This document shows positions 38,691 to 47,882 of a stretch of 64,000 nt of DNA, in pieces (the first letter of the stretch is position 1; every line of letters begins with the position of its first letter). A program made the translations under genes and the position numbers. A model generated the notes under the pieces. The model saw nothing but the letters and a program-made list of their open reading frames with translations, was not told the origin of the DNA and searched no databases. This DNA comes from Candidatus Bathyarchaeia archaeon. Lineage in GTDB: Archaea; Thermoproteota; Bathyarchaeia; Bathyarchaeales; Bathycorpusculaceae. The stretch covers positions 192,001 through 256,000 of the forward strand of contig JBEKHN010000001.1 in NCBI GenBank assembly GCA_050012255.1, in the 5' to 3' direction.

Positions 38691-39622
38691 GCTTTCAGAA
38701 GGAATATGACTGTATGAAGAACGAATGTAGAAAAGCATTATTGATTACGATAGCAGTTGATACAAGTTCAGCCAAGGGCAAAGGAAAATACGTACCTAAT
38801 TTCAACGGTGGATTTAGAGGACCGTTCTGGGGAAAGGGAGAGGAATTCGAATATATACCCATCCCTGAGACGATGATGGGGCAGCGGTCGGACAAGAAGT
38901 GGGAGTGGAAAGGCAAATATGTCGAAGGCGGGAAAGCCACCTACAAAACTGCACTAGGCAACAGATCAAAGACAAATATCCTCACTTACGTCCCTGCGGA
39001 ACTCCGAGCAAATCTTGAGCACGCAGCAATACATTATGATCCAGATTTCAAGAATCTAACCTACGGGGATGGCAAAAAGGAAACTCCTAGAGGGAAGCAA
39101 TTGGCCAAACTCAACCCAGGTGATCTCTTAGTCTTCTGCCCATCTTTGGAAAACCCTGAGACAAGAGAACCTGACCGTGGTCGTTTCATAATCGGCTCCT
39201 TTACCGTGGAATGTGCCTACGACTTTACAAATGCTGAATTCGAAAAGCGATTCAAATGCACCCGCTCTGATGTTGTTGAGAAATACAAGAATAAGAACGC
39301 GCATTTTTCAGAAGAATTCGCGCGCGCGTGGGATTGTAGTCGGAAAGAGCTTCTCGAGAGCTATGACGACAAAGAAGAAGCAGACCTTGTGCTTGTGGCC
39401 GGCATAGAAAAGGAGAGTGGTCTGTTTGAAAATGCCATCAGGATAACGCGACCGCATGACGGCAAGTATTTTGTCATGCCGAAGGATCTTGTTGGAGATC
39501 TTGGCCTGAAAAAGCCGCCCGGACCGCTAAAATATGAAAGAGGATGGAAGTGGGTGAAAGGCGATCAATATCTTAGAAATCTTCACAATCTGTTGAAGAA
39601 AGGTGGAGACTTCGTCAAATGA
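38687..39622 (+). CDS. Nmad3-like (nucleotide modification associated domain) protein
   Basis: FEYIPIPE, HYDPDF..LTYGD, L.PGDLLVF, KNAH motifs recalled for this family. Confidence 0.65.
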   Translation: MSFQKEYDCMKNECRKALLITIAVDTSSAKGKGKYVPNFNGGFRGPFWGKGEEFEYIPIPETMMGQRSDKKWEWKGKYVEGGKATYKTALGNRSKTNILTYVPAELRANLEHAAIHYDPDFKNLTYGDGKKETPRGKQLAKLNPGDLLVFCPSLENPETREPDRGRFIIGSFTVECAYDFTNAEFEKRFKCTRSDVVEKYKNKNAHFSEEFARAWDCSRKELLESYDDKEEADLVLVAGIEKESGLFENAIRITRPHDGKYFVMPKDLVGDLGLKKPPGPLKYERGWKWVKGDQYLRNLHNLLKKGGDFVK

Positions 39623-39838
39623 TATGTTTAGTCAAACCATTGCGAGGAAGCGCACCTAGGCCCGCAGTCCTGAGTGGAAAAAAGGGATTTGCAGGAGACA
39701 TCACCACCGGCCATGGGGTGCAAACCCTTTGCTGACCATTTTCAGTCCACAGCTGAAGCAGATACAAATCTTGCACGTTGGGCAGTAGTTGGCGCCTTGA
39801 ATACGATTGCCGCACACACCTCTGAGCTTGAGGGAAAT

Positions 39839-40291
39839 TTATCTTCTATGTCCCGCACAATATGGACAACGGTCTATTGATTCATTGTACAAATTACCAC
39901 AGAATTGGCATCTTATTTTCACAATCTCTCTAACGATTTCCGTTTCTCTAACTATTGAACGTTTTTCTTCCAAATCTGCTCTTCCTTCAAAAGCAAGTTT
40001 AGACCAAAACTCTGGCTCATGCTCTATCCCAAGATGTTCTCTACCTTTGCCACCATGACTCTCTTTCTCAAGTTTCGCCCATCTCAAGCCACCAGTGAAG
40101 CCAAAGTAAACGTGCCATGAGGCACCACATCTGGAACAAATTGCATAGTCTTTCCCACCGACACTGTGAACTTTGCATCTGACGGCATTTCCCATGTAGC
40201 ACAATGGGCAGTATCTAAAAAACGTCGAAATAGCTCGTCTCTTCTCCCTTTTTGCTCTTTCCAATGCATAATAACCGTAACTATAACCCAT
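39839..40291 (-). CDS. Double Zn-ribbon hypothetical protein
   Basis: CPLC/CSRC and C-terminal EIVKIRCQFCG...CPYCAG. Confidence 0.7.
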   Translation of the reverse strand: MGYSYGYYALERAKREKRRAISTFFRYCPLCYMGNAVRCKVHSVGGKDYAICSRCGASWHVYFGFTGGLRWAKLEKESHGGKGREHLGIEHEPEFWSKLAFEGRADLEEKRSIVRETEIVREIVKIRCQFCGNLYNESIDRCPYCAGHRR

Positions 40292-40492
40292 CTTTCTCCT
40301 CCTCAAAAGGAATAGAGTCAAACCAAATTATAAGTTTTGACTATTCAAAGAGCGCGCGCTAAATAGCGCGGTACGTCCCACTTTTTTCCCTGTCTTCGGT
40401 ACTAGATCGCGCGCGCATAAAGATTTAAACTGCACATTCCACAGGCCGTTAGCGGATATGTCTGTTAGAAAACGCCCAGAATACGGGAATAT

Positions 40493-40933
40493 TCAGGTTA
40501 TTGAAGCTATCTTGGGTTCGTACTTCCACGTCGGCGGCAAGAGACCTTCACGCTTGTAATACCTCGAGAGCTTGTGGACCTTCGCTTCAATCAGCTGAAG
40601 CGCCCTTCTGTTGTAAAGGTCGGTCCTGTACTTCTCCAAGTGAAGCCCTAGACTATGAGCCTTCTTAAGCAGACTCGCCAAGTCCTCAGGTAAGGATGGA
40701 GCCAGCTCGTTCTCCCTGAGCACCTTTAACACTCTCTTGCCGGTTATCGGCTTCGACAAGGGAATCGCATGCTGGTCCCTCAGGATCGTCCCTATCCCGC
40801 TCGGTGAATGCCCCTCCTTGCCCAACTTGACGATGAGGGCCTCCACTTCCTCAGGCTGATACTTGCACCAGCTCGGAGCCCGCTTGCCGACAGGCCTCGT
40901 CCCGTGCGACTTTCCCTTTTCCTGCTTGGGCAT
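40493..40933 (-). CDS. rps15: 30S ribosomal protein S15 (uS15/S13e)
   Basis: KGKSHGTRP, IGTILRDQH, LPEDL, LIEAKVHKLSRYYK. Confidence 0.96.
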   Translation of the reverse strand: MPKQEKGKSHGTRPVGKRAPSWCKYQPEEVEALIVKLGKEGHSPSGIGTILRDQHAIPLSKPITGKRVLKVLRENELAPSLPEDLASLLKKAHSLGLHLEKYRTDLYNRRALQLIEAKVHKLSRYYKREGLLPPTWKYEPKIASIT

Positions 40934-41198
40934 CACTAATCCCTTGAACCTGTATCAGCGAGGGCGCACGCATATTTAAAAATAGCTGTCACTCTTGGAA
41001 AATAGCCGTCTCCTTCATCTTTTTTCCCCTTCCTAAAGGGGCTTCTTGGACGAGTGCGATACTGTTAAGTCATTTGACATGGCTTAAACCGATAATATGG
41101 TTACTACGTGACCATTTACATTTTTATGATTTTGACTCAGAAAAAGACCTTATACAAGGAATAAACAAAGTTGATCGATTACATATAGGTGACTTTGT

Positions 41199-41956
41199 TT
41201 GAAAGATTATTCGATTACGTCTCCTGAGCTTCTATTAAATTGTTTTAAGCGACTTGTACCTGTCCCTGAGATAATTGTGATAGCCTCTAAAGGGGAAACA
41301 CAGAAGCTCGCGAATTAACCAATGCTTCCGAGGTTGTTTGGGGCTTTGACCCCCTATACGTAGGAAAGGTCGAAACCAAGAAAATAGGTCTAGTACGCCA
41401 AGAATCTGGAGCATCGGCCACAGCCTTCTTAGTCGAGCATCTTATAGCTTGCGGTGCCAAAGTGATCCTGTTCTCTACTGCTTTAGGCGCCTTTCAGCCG
41501 TATATGAAACCTGGAGACTTCGTTATTCCTTCAAAGATAGTAATAGGTGAAGGAACTTCAAGATACTATTATCCGAGAATAAAGGTGATAAGACCTGATC
41601 TGGAGATCGTGAAGATTCTCAAAGAAGCCTGCAGCAAAATCGGCGTCAAACCCTTTATTGGATCCGTTTGGGATACAGACGCTATCTACAGGGAAATGCG
41701 AGGTCGAATAGAAAAGCTGCAAGCCCAAGGAGTGCTAGGAGTGGAGATGGAATCATCCGCCACATTCACCGTGGCAAAATTTAGGGGAATCAAGGCTGCG
41801 TCCTTGCTTGTGGTTTCTGACAGTCTGGCAAATTTCAAATGGGAATTATACTTCTTAAACGATGGGTACCTAAAAAGCCACTTGGAGACCTCAAGTAAGA
41901 TCATTCTGGAAGCATTGAAAGTCTTAGCACGGGACGACGATGTGACGAATGATTGA
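41199..41956 (+). pseudogene. Nucleoside phosphorylase (PNP/UDP family), frameshifted near 41310
   Basis: GA...A..VEHLIACGAK, GEGTSRYY, TDAIYRE, VEMES, VVSD. The N-terminal part is in another frame and ends in TAA near 41318. Confidence 0.75.
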
Positions 41957-42038
41957 TGAGAAATAAGTATACAGTATCGTGTCTGCGGTAATCTTTCCAA
42001 ACCAAAGAAGTGCTACGCAGCCCGCAACATATGCTTTC

Positions 42039-43334
42039 TCAATGTCGGTCTGAGATTGACTTTTTGCGTTGTCTTGTGTAGACAGCGAGCAGCGTGAGCA
42101 TAACTAAACCTGAAAACACTGCGAGAGCAAAAAATCCGATTAGCAGCAGGAGTGGGGTTGGTGACAAGCTAACTTCAGACGTTACGGAGAATGAAGCGAA
42201 ACTTATGATTCTCGCTCCCGTGTCTACAGCTCTTATCGTGTAGTTTCCGAGTGAAACGCTGGGCACCTGAAAAGAGGTGCTCCAGTCTCCTGAGCTTGGC
42301 TTGGCGACTGAGGCTACCTGCGTGTTGTTGAGGTAAACTTGAATTTCGCCGCCCGAAGCATAATGTCCTGAGACGGTTACGAATATGCCCGGTGGTCCAG
42401 ATGCGGGCGTAGCGGTGAAGGGGACGAAGAACAGTATGGGCAGTGTTGTGTTGACCAACATAGGCAGTGTTATGTTCGTCGCGGAAATGTACGGCCAAGT
42501 CATGTTCGTTACTTCTTCATACGTGAAGATGGTCGCGGGTACGATGGTTATGTTCATCAAAAGAGCGCGCACTGTTGTCCAATTAACAAGTTGTGTCAAA
42601 TTAACAGGGTTTGGAAACACTTCAATAGGCGGTGTCACAATAATAGGTACTGTCCAATTAGCAGGCAGTGTCCAATTAATAGGTAGTGTCGAATTAGGTT
42701 CTCCTCCTGTCTGATTGTTGTTTGGAACATTGGGTTCGTCAGGAGTCTGTGGCGGTTCTGTTTCTCCAGAATGAAGCAAAACCTTCACAGAACCACCCAA
42801 AGCAGTGTGCTTTATCGGCAATGCTAGGCTGTTGCCAAGTTTTGTGCCTCCAAGCGTTAATGCTGTTGTTCCCGAATGTATCGCCTCGAACGTTAGGGTC
42901 ACAAGACTCATTGAACCATTGAACGAGGGTTCTGGATAAACTCCTGTTTGCGCTTTAGAGTAACATCCGTGCGTAGCATTGTAGTTCGCTTGCAAACCGT
43001 GACCATACAGTAGATTGAAATCTCCCCACTCAGGTGGTGCATTGATTGTCGCGTTTATGCAGCTGAGTACAGTTCTGTTCCAATAAAGGTCGAACTGCCA
43101 GCCGCAGAGGTCAGAGACATTGGTCAGTGTAACATTTACAATGAAAGTGTCGTTCCTAAACACGGTCAGTTGATCTGGCTCCACGAAAATAGTGGTGGTA
43201 CCAGAAGCGGCAAGTGACCAACTACCTGAGCTATCTTGCGTCCCTGAACCGACTGCTGGACCAATGTGTATTACAGATACGATAGTTAACAACAAGGCTG
43301 CTACTAGTACACTTACCAGTTTCATTTTGCTCAT
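42039..43334 (-). CDS. Secreted membrane-anchored cohesin-domain protein
   Basis: Signal peptide, F.VNVTLTNVSDLCGWQFDLYWN..VL cohesin-like segment, Pro/Thr linker, C-terminal TM. Confidence 0.75.
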   Translation of the reverse strand: MSKMKLVSVLVAALLLTIVSVIHIGPAVGSGTQDSSGSWSLAASGTTTIFVEPDQLTVFRNDTFIVNVTLTNVSDLCGWQFDLYWNRTVLSCINATINAPPEWGDFNLLYGHGLQANYNATHGCYSKAQTGVYPEPSFNGSMSLVTLTFEAIHSGTTALTLGGTKLGNSLALPIKHTALGGSVKVLLHSGETEPPQTPDEPNVPNNNQTGGEPNSTLPINWTLPANWTVPIIVTPPIEVFPNPVNLTQLVNWTTVRALLMNITIVPATIFTYEEVTNMTWPYISATNITLPMLVNTTLPILFFVPFTATPASGPPGIFVTVSGHYASGGEIQVYLNNTQVASVAKPSSGDWSTSFQVPSVSLGNYTIRAVDTGARIISFASFSVTSEVSLSPTPLLLLIGFFALAVFSGLVMLTLLAVYTRQRKKSISDRH

Positions 43335-44039
43335 TCTAGAATTCTCTCCGTGTCACTTAAACTTTCGCATCATAGGAGGGGCTGTTTTTTTGGGTTTGGG
43401 GGTAAAGGTTTGTTTCTTTCTGCATATGATTTTTACCGATACAGTCTATCGTTAGCGTTGAATTTTATACTAAGCCCTAGGACGCGGTGTTCCAGAAGTT
43501 AGAACGGTCGCATTAACCATACGCGGGCGGCTTCGTACTAGAAGATTGTCGTGACGATGGCTCCTCAATTCTGGCAATGGAGAGTCCAGAATGTTCCGTT
43601 ACGGTTCTATCTGTGGCTTGTACCAATCGCTGTATTCTGGATTGGACGACTGGAAGAAGGACCAAAGCATCTGAAAGATAGGTGAAAGCGCGCGCTGAGA
43701 AACGACACACATCGTTGCAGCAATGCTCAGAATCATTTCTGCGAAGGCATCGCATAAGAGTCTAAAAAAGGATTGACCCACGAAGTCTGGATGATCGGAT
43801 AAAGTTTTAACCCCAAACCCAAAACCCTTGCTTGTATATTATAATGTAATATGGCGCGCGTGGCAATTCTGGGAATTGTTTGCCATTAACTTGTAACAGT
43901 TCACAAGCAATCCAAGAGGTAAAGAACAACATGGAAGAGAAAAGAACTTGGTAAAAAGACCATTCATTTTGCAGTATTGGACTATTATAAAATGAGAGAA
44001 AGGAAGACTGGGGCAATTGGATAGGCCAAAGCCACGCCT

Positions 44040-44765
44040 TTAGCGCGCACGTGTTGCTAAGGTATGCTTTCTTCTGTAAATTATGATTGCTAGTAGGGTC
44101 GCTATCATGAATAATGGGAGAATAATGATTGACGTAAATTCTGGTATCCAATCTTGAGTAGAAATTAGGTTTCCCCAACTTGAGGGGTTAATGGGCAGAT
44201 AACTTGCTTCTGGCGGCCAGTAGTGTAAGTTCGGATAGTCCACTGATTCAAGAGCTATTCCAATAGTTTTCAGGACACCAGCAGTTACGTTTAACCTTGA
44301 ATATGTAATGTTGAACTCAGCTTGCCAACCCGTGTTCGTTGAAGACACCAGGGCATTCCATCCGCCAGTCGGAGGAGTAACACCATCCGGAAAATGGATT
44401 TCATTCAGTCCGCCGTTGCGATATGTAGCGAACATGTAGTCATCAGACTTCACAGATGGGCCACCATTATTTTCTAAGTCAAGGTAAATGGCCGCTCCAT
44501 CATAACCCAGACTCACTGAGGCATCTGAAATATTGAAAGCTACGTAGAGACTAGTGCCATCCTGTTTAACAAAAACCGTTGTCTGATTTGAGATGGATGT
44601 CACAGAAGCATCACTCCACTCGCCAACATTAATGATACCGTCAATAGTAGGGGCTGAACCATGGACAGCATCGATTTGATAGGCGGGATTGTAGGCCTCA
44701 ACTCTGATTGTTGCGAAAGCTAAAAAAAGTACTAAAGCAATTGCTGATAGCAGCTTCTTGGTCAT
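44040..44765 (-). CDS. Secreted DOMON/CBM9-like protein with PEF-CTERM-type sorting signal
   Basis: Signal peptide, PTIDGII..GEW.DA, LYVAF, GWQAEF.I, IPEF-TM-RRK tail. Confidence 0.75.
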   Translation of the reverse strand: MTKKLLSAIALVLFLAFATIRVEAYNPAYQIDAVHGSAPTIDGIINVGEWSDASVTSISNQTTVFVKQDGTSLYVAFNISDASVSLGYDGAAIYLDLENNGGPSVKSDDYMFATYRNGGLNEIHFPDGVTPPTGGWNALVSSTNTGWQAEFNITYSRLNVTAGVLKTIGIALESVDYPNLHYWPPEASYLPINPSSWGNLISTQDWIPEFTSIIILPLFMIATLLAIIIYRRKHTLATRAR

Positions 44766-44834
44766 TTGACATCGCTCTCCATGTTTTCTGTCTCTCCCTT
44801 TTTATAATTTGTGCCCACGTCTAAGCGCGCGCGC

Positions 44835-45528
44835 TTGTTTTGAGCAAAATTGAAGGGCAAAACCAAGTCTTAAAAAAATACGGTTTGAAGCGTCACGACT
44901 TCTCAGTTATGCAAAAAGTGAAAAGTCTTGAAGATGAGGATTCAGCCAAGCTCAGAGTCAGGTTGATGAGTATTGAAGGTCATGCTTCTGACAGATACTT
45001 CAATCAGATATTCGGTTTGATTCCTGAATTGATTAGACCTGAATACAGGAAGACTTTCAAGGCTTATGATGGTTTGAATAACATTTTCAACTTGGCCTAT
45101 GAAATGCTGTCGTGGAAAGTGCATCATGCTTTGATTAAGGCTAAGCTTGAACCCTACCTTGGTTTTCTGCATAGCATTGCTGAGGGTAAGCCTAGTCTAA
45201 TCTGTGACTTCATGGAGCTTTACCGTTATCTTGTTGATGACTTTGTTATTGAGTATTGTCAAAGACTTCAGAAGCGAGACTTCATAATGAAGAATGAGGA
45301 CTTTTCAACGAGCCGAAAGGGAAAGAGGGAATACCTCAACGATTCTCTGACGCACAGTCTAATCAGAGGCTTGAACGAATACTTCCAGACCAAAGTCGGG
45401 ATTCCAGAATTAGAATGGGAAAGGAACAGGAAATTGAGACGTTAATCAATGAAGAGGCTTTGCTGTTGGCTATGTATTTGAGGAATGCAAAGCAAACTTG
45501 GATTCCCAGAATTGCAAACCTTTGCTAG
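44835..45528 (+). pseudogene. cas1: Solo Cas1 (casposase-like), 5'-truncated and frameshifted
   Basis: LMSIEG..S.RYF, NNIFNLAYEML, LEPYLGFLH, SLICDFMELYR. A 1-nt frameshift near 45405 is followed by IRMGKEQEIETLINEEALLLAMYLR...WIPRI. The N-terminal domain is missing from the (GC)5 run at 44825. Confidence 0.88.
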
Positions 45529-45563
45529 AGCTTGGATGTAGGTGTAGTTTAGCGTAGGATAAA

Positions 45564-45824
45564 CTATGTGTGCTGAAGACATTTCACGAATGACTTGCCG
45601 AAATTATCACCAGTCTTGCAGTGCAGCTTTCTCTCTATGCTTCCATCGACAGCATATTGCAGAATATCAACATGCTGGCCGTGTCTATCTGAATAGTGCT
45701 CATCTGTTATGACAACATCGTCGTTTTTGCCCAGAAATATCCTGAACTCTTTTTTGCTTCCGAAACCCTCAGGGAGTTTCCACTTTCCTTTCCAAATGTA
45801 CATGTCAGCGTAATCTTCAGGCAT
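45564..45824 (-). CDS. Hypothetical protein
   Basis: ATG-start 86-aa ORF with protein-like composition. Confidence 0.45.
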   Translation of the reverse strand: MPEDYADMYIWKGKWKLPEGFGSKKEFRIFLGKNDDVVITDEHYSDRHGQHVDILQYAVDGSIERKLHCKTGDNFGKSFVKCLQHT

Positions 45825-46151
45825 TTCAACACGACGTAGGTAGTAAGTCTAAGTTCAGACATAAGTTTTTGGGCGGTCCCCCTGTCTTTTAAGCCACTCC
45901 ATATCGACACGCTCACACAGTGTGAGAGTGCGGTCACTATGTATAGGTAGGTAGGGTGAGTGAGAGTAAGAGTGATAAGAGGAGTAAGAGTGGCGTTGGT
46001 TGGTTGGGGTAAAGTTTTATCTCACGCACAAATCTCAGCTGAGAAGCGCGCCAGAATTACTTTAAAACAACGTCAAGCAGCTTTCTCTGAAGAGCAAACG
46101 AGTAAAAAGAAGCTGAGCAAGGAAGCATATTAGACCGAATATCTGTGTGCG

Positions 46152-46319
46152 CTAAGTGGATTTCTCGCGGCACTCTTTACAGATGGTGCTGTCAAGCTCT
46201 TGTCCACGTGCCTTAATCTTATATGGTTTGAACATTTTGCCGCACATCCGACAGCGCTCAAGCTCTTCTTCAGATACGAGAAAAGTCTCCGGTTCGACCC
46301 TTGCTTCCAACAGAATCAC
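46152..46319 (-). CDS. Small Zn-ribbon protein (55 aa)
   Basis: GTG start. MILLEARVEPETFLVSEEELERCRMCGKMFKPYKIKARGQELDSTICKECREKST has two CxxC pairs and falls below the ORF-track size cut-off. Confidence 0.6.
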   Translation of the reverse strand: MILLEARVEPETFLVSEEELERCRMCGKMFKPYKIKARGQELDSTICKECREKST

Positions 46320-47088
46320 TGCTTAAACATCAATGCTACTGAACAATAAACGTTGTGAAGCCTCAATCAGGACGTTTAATCCTCAAAGCGCGCGTGAAGG
46401 ACCATAGAGGGCAGTTTTTCTCAGCCCAGTCCAGTGTCGGCGTCCAACAGCGAGGAACTTCGATTCCGAAACTGAAACCTCACGATCTCTTCCAGCTGGA
46501 GTGGGACCCAACACTCATGAGCCTTTCCGATGCGGTAACAATGGTCTATGCAGATCAGATAATGAGAGAATACGAAAAATGTGCAAAGCCCGCCCCTTGT
46601 CTGCTCAGTGCTAGGCCACCAACTTTGAATAAGCGCTGTCAAATTACCAATCAAAAAAGCTCTTGCGTGCAACCCCCTGATCAATGAGCGTGTGGAAGAG
46701 GTGGTGACGGTCGAGCGCATTGAAAAGTTACGACCCTTCCCCAGACCCTCTGCCGAGCACTCAGCACGCACTCAGCTTCAAGCCCATACAAATCCACTAG
46801 GACCTTCAAAAAAGTCCACGTGCAGTACTAGCACCCTAGGGGGGAGGGGGAGGGTGGAATAGACGGGGCCAAAACGCGAACACAGGGATGTAGCGTTCAG
46901 GTTCGGCATGGCTCAATGAGCAGGAAAGCAAGAACCGCAGCCATTATTATGGTTGAAAGGATTTCTGGGGCTTCCCCAAGCATCTGTCTTCTGTGAACAT
47001 TAGACTCTTCAGCAGGGTCATACGAAAGTTTTAATATGCCATGCTCTTAGCTTCGTTTCTCCATCAGAATTGTCACGGGTGAAATTGC

Positions 47089-47877
47089 TTGAAACGCATA
47101 CTCGTTTGCCTCAAACAGGCAGTTGACGTTTCACAGTTGAAGGTTGACCCCGCAACGAGGAGGCTGGTTACGGCTGGCGCCCCTAAGAAAATAAGCGATT
47201 TCGACAAGAACGCATTGGAGGAAGCCATCAGAATCAAAGAGAAGCTCGGCGGCGTCGAAGTGTTCACGCTGACTGTAAGCCCTGAAGACGCAAGGCCCGT
47301 GTTGAGGGAAGCGCTCGCGATCGGCGCTGACAGAGCCTACATCGTCAATGACCCAAGCGTTCAGGGAACAGACACTATGGGCACGGCTTACATCCTCGCT
47401 GAAATGATAAAGAAGATCGCCGACTTCGACCTGATTCTCTGTGGCGAAACATCCCTGGACAGCTTCAGCGGACTCGTCGGCTCCAGACTGTCAGAACTGT
47501 TAAACCTGCCCCAGATAACCTCTGTCAGAAAAGTTGCGGTGGAAGGCGACACGGTCGTCGCCGAAAGGTCGCTTGAGGACGCAAGCGAGACCGTGAAGGC
47601 GAAAATGCCTGCCTTAATCTCGGTAACGCGGGAAATAAACCAGCCGAGAATCCCGTCGCTCATGATGATAATGAAAGCCTCGAAGAAAGAAATCGTCACT
47701 TGGACGCTGAAAGGCCTCAACGTTTCCACCGAAAAAATCGCCGCAAAAACCGAAGTCATAGACGCCCTGGCACCGAAGATGGAGAGAAAGAAGATCAAAA
47801 TCACAGGCGAATCCGTGCAGGAGATCGCGGAGAAGCTGGCCAAAGCACTGATTCAAGAGGGCGTCGTCGGAAGGTGA
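47089..47877 (+). CDS. etfB: Electron transfer flavoprotein beta subunit
   Basis: ILVCLKQ, D.NALEEA, ALAIGAD, DLILCG, INQPRIPS. Confidence 0.93.
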   Translation: MKRILVCLKQAVDVSQLKVDPATRRLVTAGAPKKISDFDKNALEEAIRIKEKLGGVEVFTLTVSPEDARPVLREALAIGADRAYIVNDPSVQGTDTMGTAYILAEMIKKIADFDLILCGETSLDSFSGLVGSRLSELLNLPQITSVRKVAVEGDTVVAERSLEDASETVKAKMPALISVTREINQPRIPSLMMIMKASKKEIVTWTLKGLNVSTEKIAAKTEVIDALAPKMERKKIKITGESVQEIAEKLAKALIQEGVVGR

Positions 47878-47882
47878 ACCAG

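Noticed and set aside
43386-43824. TTTTGGGTTTGGGG / CCCCAAACCCAAAA inverted pair as transposon TIRs
   Set aside because: Each copy directly follows a TATA-like box facing outward, so divergent promoters of similar sequence explain it better.
44835-47050. CRISPR array near cas1
   Set aside because: No regularly spaced 24-40 bp direct repeats were seen here or anywhere in the window.
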